From an uncultured Actinomycetota bacterium (GTDB lineage: Bacteria; Actinomycetota; Actinomycetes; Propionibacteriales; Nocardioidaceae), in NCBI GenBank assembly GCA_963731075.1, contig CAVSUC010000008.1:506-64505 (forward strand): a stretch of 64,000 nt of DNA. Direction: 5' to 3'. Below the pieces are notes generated by a model. The model saw only the letters and a list, made by a program, of their open reading frames with translations. It was not told the DNA's origin and searched no databases. Within the stretch, counting starts at the first letter, position 1. Each line of letters begins with the position of its first letter. The translations under genes were made by a program, and so were the position numbers. Shown in pieces: positions 54,721 through 64,000 of this stretch.

Positions 54721-57700
54721 TCAGGACAGCCCGACCGAGCTGAACGCCTTCTTCAGCAGGGCCGCCCGGGCGGACGGGGACGCCAGCTGCTCGACCCCGA
54801 ATCCGAGCAGCACCGTGTCGCGGGTCCTGATCGCCGGACCGAAGAGGTTCTGCGACCGGACGAAGCCGCCGGCCCCCGCCGAGCTCCCGGGCGGCGCCGG
54901 TGGCAGCGACCAGGCGCCGAGGCCGGACTCGAAGCCCTCGCCCTGCGTGGCCGCACCGCCCACCTCGAGGCGCGTGTCGTCGACGACGACGCCGGTCACT
55001 CCGCTGCCCGGGTCCGTGACGTAGGTGATCGACACCTCGACCTGCTTGCCGGCGAAGGCGGACAGGTCGAACCCGACGTCCTTCCAGCCGCCGGAGCTGC
55101 CGGTCATCGCGTTCCACGCGCCGCTGGAGCCGGTCGCCCCGCACGGGTCCCCCGGCGTGAGGTAGTGCTTCAGGAACGGGTGCTCCTCCAGCAGGAAGTC
55201 CGCCTCGCACTCGGCCGGAACGGTCGTCGTGCTCAGGCCGCCGAGCTCGGGCAGGGTGGTCCAGTCGTCCTGGCCGGGAGTGTGCGCCTCGACGATGACG
55301 TGGTCGTAGCCCTCCTCGACGTCGAAGGAGAGCCTGGCCTTCAGCGTGGGTGTCTGCGACGCCGGGACCGCGGTGAGGTCGAAGGTCCTGGCCAGTCGCA
55401 TGTAGGAGTCGTCGACGTGGATCGCGCCGACGTACCAGCTGCCCTGGATCGGCTCGAAGGGCCCGGCAGAACCGCCCGTGTAGGCCCCCACCGTCTCGCT
55501 CGCGAACTGCGGGAACTTCGCAGGCGAGAGCACGGCGCTCGTGGGCGGGAACACGCCCGCCTCGTCCAGCGGGTTCGCGGTCGCCCCCGGCCCACCGAAG
55601 GCCCCGCCCACGCCGGCGAGCGGTCCGGCACCGGCGAAGCCGGCGGGGGTCACGGTCGTGGACCGGTTGTAGCGCCCCAGGTAGTACTGCGCGAAGTCGT
55701 CCGCGAGCAGCAGGCAGTCGCTGTAGGGGTCGCCGGTGACCACGCAGTCCGCGGTCGGGTCGCCGTTGAGGCCGTAGTAGATGCCGCCGAGACCGATCAG
55801 GTTGTTCAGCCCACCGAAGTAGGTCGCCGTCTCGCCGGTGTCGACGAGCTTGCCGCCCTCGTTCAGGAAGTCGCGCACCGCGATGGTCAGGTCCTGCTCA
55901 CGCTCGGCCACGGCCGCGTCCGTGAAGCTCCCGAAGAACGTCTGCGTCACCACGTCGTCGGGATCCTGCGTCAGCCGGTTCTCCCCGTCGTACCAGACCA
56001 CCCCGCGGAAGTGGCTGAGCACACCGAGGTGGTCCGGCACCCCCTGCTTGGAGACGTCCCACAGCGAGGCGTCGAGCCCCGCCTGCCGGAGCGCCTGGAC
56101 GTAGGTCGCGGCGTACTTCGGCGACGTCAGGGGCGGGCTGTACGTCGGGTTCACGCCGTCATAGTCCTCGTCGGCGATGACGAGCACCTGGTGACGGGTG
56201 TCCTCGGCCACGCGGTAGGTGAAGGCCGAGCTGACCCGACGCGCGCCCTTCGGCGAGACGCCGGTGAACCAGGCACGGACGCGGTCACCGGGCTTCGTGC
56301 CGCGCACGACGCCGCGGAACTCCGCGTAGTAGTCGGTCCCCTGGTCGCCGTAGCGCTCGCCGCCTCGCCACTGCCGGACGTCCGCCGTGCGCACGCGGCC
56401 GCCGTTGACGGTGTAGAGCAGCAGCTTGCGCCGCAGCTCGCGCCGCGCCGTCACGGCCACGGTCTGCGGGTCGCCGTAGGAGACGTCGAACGTGTCCACC
56501 TTGAAGTCGGGCGCCGTGCGCCCCACCGGGGAGACCGGGTGAGCGGGGTTCCCGGCCGACTCGGCGACCGCCAGCGCGAACGGGATGTTCTTCTCGAACT
56601 CGGCCTCCACGAGGGTCTCGCTGTCGGGGAAGTTGAAGCCGCTCTCGCAGTCCGCCGGGTCGAACGCGTCGTCCGGGTCGACAGCGCTCGCCGACTCGCA
56701 GGTGGACATCTCCGGGGTGTAGGCGAGCGTCCCGTAGGCCGTGTGCGCGTGCTCGGTCGTCTCGCCGTTGGTCGTGTAGAGCTCGGCGGCCTGGTCCGGG
56801 TCGTAGCCCGGTACGGCCGGGTCCGCATCGTCGCCGGCCTGGGCCTCGAAGATCTGGTCGTCGGGCGAGGCGGTGGAGACCTGCCAGCCGACGCCGTAGA
56901 GCAGGAGCTCGGAGGCGGAGTGGTAGTTGATCTGGAACGCGAAGCGGATGCGGTTCATCAACCCGTCCAGCGCGCGCGTCTCCGGCTCCGACCTGGGTCC
57001 GGCGCCCCGGTAGGTCTCGCTGCCGAACGACGGGGAGGAGCCCTCGTTGTCGTAGCCCCACTTGGTCGGGTAGTTGCGGTTCGGGTCGACACCGTCCTGA
57101 CCGGTGATCTGGCCGTCGCCGTTGTTGTCCCGCAGGTTCTTGCGCCACAGCCGGTTGTCGCCGGTGAAGGTGAAGTCGTAGCCGTCCGGGTTCGCGACCG
57201 GCACGAACCACAGCTCGGTCGTGCGCAGCAGCTTCCTGATCCTCGCGTCGCCGCTGGTCCAGCCGTCGATCAGGTGGTGCAGCAACCGTCGGTTCATCTC
57301 CGGCGTGATCCACTCGCGAGCGTGCTGGGCCGAGGAGTAGAGGACGGCCGGGCGCGACCCGTCGCGCACACGCGTGGCGTCGAGGGTGAGCTTGATCGCC
57401 AGCAGGGACTGGCCGTTGACGGTCTGGCCGATCGTCTCCAGCTTGGTCAGCCTCGGGTGGGCAGCCGCGACCTGCTGCAGCTCGTCCCTGATGCCGCCGG
57501 GCTCGCTGTAGGACCGGAACACCGTCGCGGCCGCCGACTCGGCGCGCAGCCGACCGGAGACCGGCTTACCGTCCACCTTCTTCTCGGTCAGCGGCACGCC
57601 GGTGGCGACCAGCTTGGCCGCCTGGTCCCGGTCGATGACCGCCTCGACGCCGACGCGTCCGGCCTTGGCCGTGCCCGGGCGCACCGTGACGTCCTCACGG

Positions 57701-57897
57701 TCCAGACCCGCCCGCCTCAGCTGGCCGAGCTGCACGGCGGTGAGGCGGCCGACGTAGACCGTCGGCCCTGCTTGACCAGCGGCCCGATCAGCGCCCCGGG
57801 GCGGTGCGGCGCCGGCGGGAGCCGCCGAGAGCGCGGCGAAGGTGCCGGAGGCCACGAGCACGGCGGCGACAAGCATGGCGGCGGGTCGACGAACCAT
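54721..57897 (-). CDS. Secreted M14 zinc carboxypeptidase with large C-terminal extension
   Basis: Signal peptide; QHAREW, ANPDGY, WRKN, DPNRN, SEPET, NYHS, PE. Confidence 0.9.
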   Translation of the reverse strand: MVRRPAAMLVAAVLVASGTFAALSAAPAGAAPPRGADRAAGQAGPTVYVGRLTAVQLGQLRRAGLDREDVTVRPGTAKAGRVGVEAVIDRDQAAKLVATGVPLTEKKVDGKPVSGRLRAESAAATVFRSYSEPGGIRDELQQVAAAHPRLTKLETIGQTVNGQSLLAIKLTLDATRVRDGSRPAVLYSSAQHAREWITPEMNRRLLHHLIDGWTSGDARIRKLLRTTELWFVPVANPDGYDFTFTGDNRLWRKNLRDNNGDGQITGQDGVDPNRNYPTKWGYDNEGSSPSFGSETYRGAGPRSEPETRALDGLMNRIRFAFQINYHSASELLLYGVGWQVSTASPDDQIFEAQAGDDADPAVPGYDPDQAAELYTTNGETTEHAHTAYGTLAYTPEMSTCESASAVDPDDAFDPADCESGFNFPDSETLVEAEFEKNIPFALAVAESAGNPAHPVSPVGRTAPDFKVDTFDVSYGDPQTVAVTARRELRRKLLLYTVNGGRVRTADVRQWRGGERYGDQGTDYYAEFRGVVRGTKPGDRVRAWFTGVSPKGARRVSSAFTYRVAEDTRHQVLVIADEDYDGVNPTYSPPLTSPKYAATYVQALRQAGLDASLWDVSKQGVPDHLGVLSHFRGVVWYDGENRLTQDPDDVVTQTFFGSFTDAAVAEREQDLTIAVRDFLNEGGKLVDTGETATYFGGLNNLIGLGGIYYGLNGDPTADCVVTGDPYSDCLLLADDFAQYYLGRYNRSTTVTPAGFAGAGPLAGVGGAFGGPGATANPLDEAGVFPPTSAVLSPAKFPQFASETVGAYTGGSAGPFEPIQGSWYVGAIHVDDSYMRLARTFDLTAVPASQTPTLKARLSFDVEEGYDHVIVEAHTPGQDDWTTLPELGGLSTTTVPAECEADFLLEEHPFLKHYLTPGDPCGATGSSGAWNAMTGSSGGWKDVGFDLSAFAGKQVEVSITYVTDPGSGVTGVVVDDTRLEVGGAATQGEGFESGLGAWSLPPAPPGSSAGAGGFVRSQNLFGPAIRTRDTVLLGFGVEQLASPSARAALLKKAFSSVGLS

Positions 57898-57995
57898 CGT
57901 TCCTCCCCTGGCCCCGCCCAAGCAGCGAGATACCGGTGTCCACCCATCGGACTCCCGGACCAGTCGGGCTGTCAACGGCCGCGCTCGGCGCCGGT

Positions 57996-58067
57996 CTGGA
58001 CCGGACCCTGGACCGGACTCCGGACCGGACGCCGGGCCCAACTCCGGGCCGAACTCCGGGCGCCCCT
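57996..58067. repeat. Degenerate 12-bp tandem repeat (6 units)
   Basis: CTGGACCGGACC CTGGACCGGACT CCGGACCGGACG CCGGGCCCAACT CCGGGCCGAACT CCGGGCGCCCCT. Confidence 0.7.
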
Positions 58068-58071
58068 CGGC

Positions 58072-59067
58072 TCACCAGCGGTCGTGGACCAGGTCGCGCA
58101 CCCGGCCGTCGTAGATCTCGCGGACCCCGTCCATGAAGGCCGTGCCGAGGTTGGCCGCCTCACCCGCGGCCGCGTTGGATCGCGCCTGCCGCTCGTGGCG
58201 GGCGCCGGGGATGACGCTGCTGACGCCCTCCTGCTGCCACACCCACGCGATCGCCGCCTGGGCCGGGGTCAGGCCACCGGGCGCCGAGGACTCGACCAAC
58301 CGGGTGAAGTCGCCGGCCGCCTGCAGGCCGACGTCGTAGGGGACTCCGGAGAACGTCTCGCCGACGTCGAAGGCGCTGCCGTCGCGGTTGTAGCTGCGGT
58401 GGTCGTCGTCGGCGAAGGTGGTGTGCTCGTCGTACTTCCCCGAGAGCAGGCCGGAGGCGAGCGGCACTCGGGCGATGATCCCGACGCCGGCCTCCTGCGC
58501 CGCCGGCAGCACGGCCTCCAGCGGCTTGAGGCGCAGCGCGTTCAGGATGATCTGCACGGTGGCGAGGTGCGGTCGCCGGATCGCGGCGAGGGCCTGATCG
58601 ACGGTCTCGACGCTGACGCCGTACGCCGCGATGGCGCCCGCCTCGACGAGCGCGTCCAGCGCGTCGAAGGTCGCGTCGTCCTCGATCACCGCGGAGGGCG
58701 GGCAGTGCAGCTGCACCAGGTCGAGCGTGTCGACCCCGAGGTTGCTGCGCGACCGGTCGGTCCAGGCGCGGAAGTTCGCGGCGCTGTAGTTCTCGGGGAC
58801 CTGGTCCTCGCGACGGCCCATCTTGGTGGCCACCGTGAACCCGGCGTCCGCGTGGTCGGCCGCGAACCGGCCGACCACCTTCTCGCTGCGTCCGTCGCCG
58901 TAGACGTCGGCCGTGTCGTAGAAGGTGACGCCCGCCTCCGCCGAGGCCTCGAGGACCGCACGGGCGTCGGACTCGGAGACGTCACCCCAGTCGGCGCCGA
59001 GCTGCCACGTGCCCAGCCCCACGGCCGAGACCTGCCGGCCGGTCCGACCCAGAATCCGCTGCTCCAT
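58072..59067 (-). CDS. Aldo/keto reductase
   Basis: LGRTGRQVSAVGLGTW, DTADVYGDGRSE, ATK, DLVQLH, PLASGLLSG, VIPG. Confidence 0.92.
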   Translation of the reverse strand: MEQRILGRTGRQVSAVGLGTWQLGADWGDVSESDARAVLEASAEAGVTFYDTADVYGDGRSEKVVGRFAADHADAGFTVATKMGRREDQVPENYSAANFRAWTDRSRSNLGVDTLDLVQLHCPPSAVIEDDATFDALDALVEAGAIAAYGVSVETVDQALAAIRRPHLATVQIILNALRLKPLEAVLPAAQEAGVGIIARVPLASGLLSGKYDEHTTFADDDHRSYNRDGSAFDVGETFSGVPYDVGLQAAGDFTRLVESSAPGGLTPAQAAIAWVWQQEGVSSVIPGARHERQARSNAAAGEAANLGTAFMDGVREIYDGRVRDLVHDRW

Positions 59068-59137
59068 CGACGATCTCCTCCTGCTGGCACTCGTGGCGGA
59101 CCGGCCGGCCCGCCCCCTCGGTTCTACACGGCGACCC

Positions 59138-60193
59138 CTACGTCCGCGCTCGGAGCCCGTCGCCGTACGCGCGGAACCGCCACTCGAGCCGGGCCCGGTA
59201 GGTCTCCCCCGGGTGGAGGACCGGCGAGGCGAACTCCGGCCGGTTGGGGCTGTCCGGGAACAGCTGCGGCTCCAGCGCGATGCCGTCGCCCTGGCGGTAG
59301 AGGGCGCCCTCGGTCGAGCCGACCACCCCGTCGAGCCCGTTGCCCGTGTAGACCTGCAGCCCGGGCTGGTCGCTGAGCAGCTCCATCCGGGTGCCGGTGC
59401 GCGGCGAGTCGAGGGTGGCCACGACCCGCCGGCCCGAGCCACGCGGCGCGAGGTTGTGGTCGATGCCGGCCGCACCCACGACCTGCGGGTGCTGTCCCCG
59501 CACGACCTCGCCGAGCAGGGTCGGCGTGCGCAGGTCGAAGGGCGTGCCCGCGACGGGGGCGAGCCCCACCTCGGGGATGCCGGTGTCGTCGATGGGCAGG
59601 TAGTCGTCGGCGTCGACGCCGAGCAGCTGCCCGTCGGTCGTGCCCGAGCCCTCGCCGTCGAGGTTGAAGTAGGCGTGGCTGGTGAGGTTCACCACGGTGG
59701 TGGCGTCGGTCGTGGCCTCGAGCTGCACGCGGACGCTGTCGGTCGTCGTCTCGAAGCGTGCGCTCACCTCCAGCCGACCGGGGAACCCTCCGTCCCCGTC
59801 GGGGGAGACGAGCCGCAGCGTGACGTGGTGCTCCGAGCTGTCCGCGACGGTCCAGGTCCGCCGGTCGAAACCGTCCGGTCCACCGTGCAGGGTGTTGCCC
59901 CGGTCGTTGACCACGGCCTGCACCGGCTCGCCGTCGAGCTCGAAGCGCCCCTTCGCGATCCGGTTGGCGTAGCGGCCGATCGTGCCGCCGAGGTAGTGGG
60001 TCGAGGCGAGGTGGTCCTCGGCCGAGGCGTGGCCCAGCACCACGTTGCGACGTACGCCGTCCCCGCCGGTGACCCAGAGCCGGTGCACGGTCGCCCCGAG
60101 GTCGAGCAGCTCGAGGACGGGACCGGGCTCGGACCCGATGGTCAGCCGCTGGACCGGGCCCTGGGTGGTGGCTCCGAAGGGGTCGATGCGCAT
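59138..60193 (-). CDS. galM: Aldose 1-epimerase (mutarotase)
   Basis: GRYANRI, LHGG, GFPG, VNLTSHAYFNL, IDHN, QVYTGN, LEPQ. Confidence 0.9.
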   Translation of the reverse strand: MRIDPFGATTQGPVQRLTIGSEPGPVLELLDLGATVHRLWVTGGDGVRRNVVLGHASAEDHLASTHYLGGTIGRYANRIAKGRFELDGEPVQAVVNDRGNTLHGGPDGFDRRTWTVADSSEHHVTLRLVSPDGDGGFPGRLEVSARFETTTDSVRVQLEATTDATTVVNLTSHAYFNLDGEGSGTTDGQLLGVDADDYLPIDDTGIPEVGLAPVAGTPFDLRTPTLLGEVVRGQHPQVVGAAGIDHNLAPRGSGRRVVATLDSPRTGTRMELLSDQPGLQVYTGNGLDGVVGSTEGALYRQGDGIALEPQLFPDSPNRPEFASPVLHPGETYRARLEWRFRAYGDGLRART

Positions 60194-60202
60194 GCGGGCA
60201 GG

Positions 60203-61231
60203 CTAGTGCGCGCTGGAGCGGCGTACGACGAGCTCGGGCTGGACGAGGTCGACGGAGGCGTCCCTCTCGCCGCCGAGAGCACGGATCGTGAGGTCCATGG
60301 CGCGCCGGCCGAGCGCGGCGAAGTCCTGGCGCACGCTGGACAGCGAGGGCCAGAAGAACTCGGCCTCGGGGACGTCGTCGAACCCGACCACCCGCACCTG
60401 GCGGGGTACGTCGCGGCCGGTCTCGTGCAGGGCCCGGAGCACGCCGAGGGCCATCGCGTCGTTGGCCGCGAAGACGGCCGTCACCGACGGGTCCTCGGCC
60501 AGGGCCAGGCCGGCGAGGTGGCCACTGCGCGCGGACCAGTCACCGGCGAGCTCGGGACCGGGAGCGACGCCGCGGGCCGCGTGCGCCGCCAGCCAGCCGT
60601 CGCGCCGCTGGCCGGCCTCGACCCAGTCCAGCGGGCCGGTCACGTGCGCCACCCGTCCCCGCGCCTGGTCCAGGAGGTGGTCGGTCGCCAGCCGGCCCCC
60701 GGTCACCTGGTCGATGCCCGCCGCCATCGGCTGGCCGGGCTGGATGCCCTGGGCCATCACGACCGGCAGCGGCAGTCGCAGCGAGGCCACGGTCTCGAGC
60801 GAGTCGCGGTGCGCCACGGCGACCACCACCGCCTCGACGGCCTGGTCGAGCAGCCGGTCGACGGCACTGCGCAGGGACTCGGTGGAGAGCTCGGGCAGCC
60901 CGACCATCGCGACGTCGTAGCCGGCCGCGTGCCCGGCCTCCTGCACGGCGACGGCCAGCATGCTCGGCCCGTGCAGGGCGAGGTGCGCGGCGACCAGGCC
61001 GATCCGCCCGGAGCGGTTGGTGACCAGGGCGCGGGCTGCGTTGTTGCGCCGGTAGCCGAGCTCCTCGATCGCGGCCCGGACCCGCGCGCGGGTGCCCTCC
61101 TTGACCAGCGGGTGCTCGTTGAGGACCCGCGAGACGGTCTGGTGGGACACGCCAGCAGCAGCCGCGACGTCGGCCATGCTGGGCGGCCGGGGAGCGCGGG
61201 GGCGTTCGGGCAGACGCTCCATGAGCGTCAT
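60203..61231 (-). CDS. LacI-family regulator
   Basis: SMADVAAAAGVSHQTVSRVLN, LGYRRNNAARAL, AANDAMALG, VVGFDD; start could also be 61222 or 61261. Confidence 0.92.
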   Translation of the reverse strand: MTLMERLPERPRAPRPPSMADVAAAAGVSHQTVSRVLNEHPLVKEGTRARVRAAIEELGYRRNNAARALVTNRSGRIGLVAAHLALHGPSMLAVAVQEAGHAAGYDVAMVGLPELSTESLRSAVDRLLDQAVEAVVVAVAHRDSLETVASLRLPLPVVMAQGIQPGQPMAAGIDQVTGGRLATDHLLDQARGRVAHVTGPLDWVEAGQRRDGWLAAHAARGVAPGPELAGDWSARSGHLAGLALAEDPSVTAVFAANDAMALGVLRALHETGRDVPRQVRVVGFDDVPEAEFFWPSLSSVRQDFAALGRRAMDLTIRALGGERDASVDLVQPELVVRRSSAH

Positions 61232-61258
61232 CGTGGGCGTGGACGCGGGGGTCGTCGC

Positions 61259-61291
61259 CACGTCGTGGTCGTGCCAGCCGGTGTCGTTCGG
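61259..61291 (-). pseudogene. Remnant of a cysteine-dioxygenase-like cupin gene
   Basis: In-frame PNDTGWHDHDV between the amidohydrolase stop and LacI. Confidence 0.4.
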
Positions 61292-61330
61292 ACGGGTCCT
61301 GCGACCTGGTCGCGACCGGGTCGACCAGGA

Positions 61331-62296
61331 TCAGCTCGCCACGGCCCATTCCCGCTCACCGCCCCCGGATCGTCCGGGCGACAGCAGCCGCTCCGGGTTG
61401 GTGACGCGCACCGCGCGGGTGGCGGCCTCGCCGAGGAATGCGGGGAGGGGCTCGCCGTACGGCCGGTCGCTGCCGAGGACCAGGGCGTCGATGCCGAGCA
61501 CCCGGACCACGGCCTCGAGCGCCCGCTCCCCGGTGCCGGAGGTGTCCACGAAGACGTCCGGGTCGATCGTCGTACGGTCACCGCCGCGGAGCGCGTGCCG
61601 TTCCGCGAGCACGGGCGCCAGGCCGGCGCCGGCCGCGAACACGAGCCGGAGCGTGGGGAACAGGGCGCGTCCACCCACGGCCTGCCAGCCCCACCACGCC
61701 GCCTGCAGCTGGGCGGTGTAGCCGACCACCGGCGCCCACCACGAGGGCAGGCTGCCGGTCGCCGCGTGGCGCGGCTCCGGCCCGGGGTGCACGAAGACCG
61801 GCTTGCCCGCGAGCTCGGCCGCGAGCAGCACGTGCGCGGCGTTCTCCCAGGCCAGCGGGGTCAGCAGGGACGTCGCCGGGAGCTGGAGGCCGACGAAGCG
61901 GTCGTCGCCCAGCAGCCGGTGGAGCGCGACCACGTCGACGCCCTCGTCGGGGACCGAGGCCCAGGCCCGGAAGTGCGGGGGCAGCTCCGCCACGCCGCGG
62001 TGCCACGAGTCGATCAGGGGCTGGGCCTCGGGACGGCGCAGGCGCTCGATCCCGAGTGGGGCGGAGAGGCTGAGGCAGGCGGTGGCCACCCCCGCCTCTC
62101 GGTCCGCCGCGACACGGGTCGCGACGTCATGGCCTGCAGGATCCACGTCGTACGGCGGTTCGCCGTCGGTGTGCAGCGTCCAGCCGCGCAGGTAGGGCGC
62201 GCGCGAGCGGGACCGCAGCCGGTCGACGAGCTCGTCGGGCCACAGGTGCTGGTGCACGTCGACCGCGGGCGCCTCGCTCGGGTGGTGATCAGGCAT
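61331..62296 (-). CDS. Amidohydrolase-2 family protein
   Basis: VDVHQHLWP, VFVHPG, FVDTS, LGSDRPY, NPERLL; GGAGG RBS. Confidence 0.85.
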   Translation of the reverse strand: MPDHHPSEAPAVDVHQHLWPDELVDRLRSRSRAPYLRGWTLHTDGEPPYDVDPAGHDVATRVAADREAGVATACLSLSAPLGIERLRRPEAQPLIDSWHRGVAELPPHFRAWASVPDEGVDVVALHRLLGDDRFVGLQLPATSLLTPLAWENAAHVLLAAELAGKPVFVHPGPEPRHAATGSLPSWWAPVVGYTAQLQAAWWGWQAVGGRALFPTLRLVFAAGAGLAPVLAERHALRGGDRTTIDPDVFVDTSGTGERALEAVVRVLGIDALVLGSDRPYGEPLPAFLGEAATRAVRVTNPERLLSPGRSGGGEREWAVAS

Positions 62297-62408
62297 CTGA
62301 CTCAGCCTCCTCTCAATGTAGTAAGTGAAGTGAATTCATAGCATTCGTGCACGGCGGTGAGGTGCCGCTCACATGATGACCCGCGTCGTGCTCCCGGGCC
62401 CACCAGCG

Positions 62409-63644
62409 CTAGTCGGTCGTCCCCGGCGCCAGCCGGGCGCCGGGTCCGAGCGCCGAGCCGACCCGGCTCTCGCGGCCGACGATGGCGATCGCCTCGGGGT
62501 CGTCGAGAGCGACGTCGGGACCGCCCACGCGGGCGCCGTCGAGGAGCTCGCAGCCGGCGTCGACGATGGAGCGGGTGACGACGGCTCCTGACCTCACGAC
62601 GGTGTCGGCGAACAGCAGGCTCTCGGTCACCTGCGCCCCGGCCTCGACCACCACCCCGGGGCCGAGCACGCTGCGGGTCACCCGGCCGCCGACGACGCAC
62701 CCCGAGCTGAGCAGGCTGTTGCCGATCTCGGCGCCGGCGAGCACCCGGGCCGCCTCACGTTGCGGCTGCTGCGTCCGGAGCGGCCAGTCGCCGGAGAACA
62801 GGTCGGCGTCCTCGCCGAGGAGCTCGAGGTGGGCGTTGAGGTAGTGGTGCGGCTGGCCCAGGTCGCGCCAGTAGCCGTCGAGGGTGTGCGCGTAGGTGCG
62901 GCCGCGCTCGACCAGCCGCGGCACCAGCACGTCGCCGAAGTCGCCGAGCCCGGAGTCGCCCTCGTCGTCCTCGTCGCTCGCGGCCGCCAGCTCGCGGTGC
63001 AGCTCCTCGAGCACCTCGATGAGCACGCCGGTCTCATAGACGAACACCTCGGTCGCCACCGTCGACGTGGCCGGCTCGTCGGGCTTGTAGGCGAACCCGG
63101 TGACCCGTCCGAGCCGGTTCACCTCCACCACCGCGTGGTCGGCCGGGCTCTCGGCGTACGTCCCCTCGAGGTCGGTGACCACCATCGTGAGCTCGGCGCC
63201 CTTGTCGCGGTGGGTGCGTACGACGTCGCGGTAGTCGAGCCGGTAGACGTGGTCGGCGCTCATCACGAGCACCAGCTCGGGGTCGGCGGACCGGATCTGG
63301 TCGCGCAGCCGATAGAGCTCGTCGGCGTTGCCCTTCGCGAACCCCTCCTCGTCCAGCGATCCCGACCCCTGCTGGGGGACGAGCAGCCGCAGCCCGCCGT
63401 GGGTCCGGTCGAGGTCCCACGGCCGGCCGTTGCGCACCTGGTCCTCGACGGCGGAGGCCTGGTAGGCGACCGAGAGCCAGACCTCGTCGATGTGGGAGTT
63501 GACCAGGTTGGAGAGGGGGAAGTCGAGCAGCTGGTAGCTGCCCCCGAACGGCAGCGCGGGCTTGGCCCGCTCGAGGGTGAGCACGTCCATCCGCCCACCG
63601 GCGCCGCCCGCCTGGATGATGGCCAGGATCTCTGTCTGCTGCAT
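62409..63644 (-). CDS. glgC: Glucose-1-phosphate adenylyltransferase (GlgC) family protein
   Basis: IQAGGAGGRMDVLTLERAKPALPFGG, SADHVY, DFG, YWRDLG; left-handed beta-helix C-terminus. Confidence 0.82.
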   Translation of the reverse strand: MQQTEILAIIQAGGAGGRMDVLTLERAKPALPFGGSYQLLDFPLSNLVNSHIDEVWLSVAYQASAVEDQVRNGRPWDLDRTHGGLRLLVPQQGSGSLDEEGFAKGNADELYRLRDQIRSADPELVLVMSADHVYRLDYRDVVRTHRDKGAELTMVVTDLEGTYAESPADHAVVEVNRLGRVTGFAYKPDEPATSTVATEVFVYETGVLIEVLEELHRELAAASDEDDEGDSGLGDFGDVLVPRLVERGRTYAHTLDGYWRDLGQPHHYLNAHLELLGEDADLFSGDWPLRTQQPQREAARVLAGAEIGNSLLSSGCVVGGRVTRSVLGPGVVVEAGAQVTESLLFADTVVRSGAVVTRSIVDAGCELLDGARVGGPDVALDDPEAIAIVGRESRVGSALGPGARLAPGTTD

Positions 63645-63708
63645 GGGCCTCATCGTGACAGCCGGGCCGAAACGCGCCGACGCGTCGTTCGGGGCCCGGG
63701 AACGACGA

Positions 63709-63734
63709 AGACCGGACCCGTGAGGATCCGGTCT
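63709..63734 (-). terminator. Hairpin downstream of tRNA-Ser
   Basis: AGACCGGATCC-TCAC-GGGTCCGGTCT then TCGTCGTT on the minus strand. Confidence 0.55.
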
Positions 63735-63757
63735 GTCGCTGGTCATGGAGATCAGGC

Positions 63758-63847
63758 TGGCGGTGGCGGTGGGATTTGAACCCACGGTGGGCTTGCACCC
63801 ACACACGCTTTCGAGGCGTGCTCCTTAGGCCGCTCGGACACGCCACC
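63758..63847 (-). tRNA. tRNA-Ser(CGA)
   Basis: GGTGGCGTGTCCGAGCGGCCTAAGGAGCACGCCTCGAAAGCGTG...GGTTCAAATCCCACCGCCACCGCCA; long variable arm, anticodon CGA, encoded CCA. Confidence 0.96.
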
Positions 63848-63857
63848 GCCGGGAAGG

Positions 63858-64000
63858 TTACCGGACGTCCCCGGCGCCGTCGAAATCGCGGTGGCCGCCA
63901 AAGAACTCGTCCAGCAGGGCCACGCTCTCGTCGGCCAGGACGCCCGCGACCACCTCGGGCCGGTGGTTCAGCCGGCGGTCTCGTACGACGTCCCAGAGCG
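63858..64000 (-). CDS. tadA: tRNA adenosine deaminase TadA, C-terminal part (truncated by window edge)
   Basis: LWDVVRDRRLNHRPEVVAGVLADESVALLDEFF...*; tadA next to tRNA-Ser is a common actinobacterial arrangement. Confidence 0.85.
   Translation of the reverse strand, partial: LWDVVRDRRLNHRPEVVAGVLADESVALLDEFFGGHRDFDGAGDVR

Noticed and set aside
62357-62373. LacI-type operator (TGTGAGCGGCAC on the minus strand) upstream of the amidohydrolase
   Set aside because: Only a half-site match with poor symmetry.
63650-63847. Genomic island integrated at tRNA-Ser
   Set aside because: No integrase, no duplicated tRNA 3' end noticed and no compositional shift.

Overview
A very high-GC actinobacterial chromosomal segment; gene content suggests Nocardioidaceae (Nocardioides/Marmoricola-like), which is an inference. 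It holds about 58 genes, one tRNA-Ser(CGA) and no recognisable mobile element, prophage or CRISPR-cas. The left part is metabolic: acyl-CoA dehydrogenase, SDRs, an F420-LLM/3-alpha-HSD pair behind a perfect KstR box, a pdhABC/bkdABC-type complex, transporters, MarR/MFS and amidinotransferase/GntR. The most striking element is a tightly coupled 12-gene, ~13 kb operon (23666-36969). It encodes a YvlD-like 4TM protein, TelA, an XpaC-like protein, a CbbX/EccA-like AAA+ ATPase, a GlnX-like sensor, a GlnH-like lipoprotein, a helical unknown, a PknG-like kinase, a Zn-ribbon PP2C, a vWA protein, a Zn-ribbon FHA protein and an LMW tyrosine phosphatase. Directly after it come SigG (with a perfect SigG promoter), mprAB (with an MprA box) and pepD/htrA. 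The right part carries PhzE-type/PabA/PabB chorismate genes, a HelD-like helicase, MoxR/vWA, an M14 peptidase, AKR-galM-LacI, a glgC-like gene, the tRNA and the end of tadA. Many genes between ~28.7 and ~47.9 kb carry small frameshifts that look like assembly errors. Two apparent deletion scars (~9.5 kb, ~61.3 kb) leave gene remnants. All calls come from motif recognition by eye; no searches were run.
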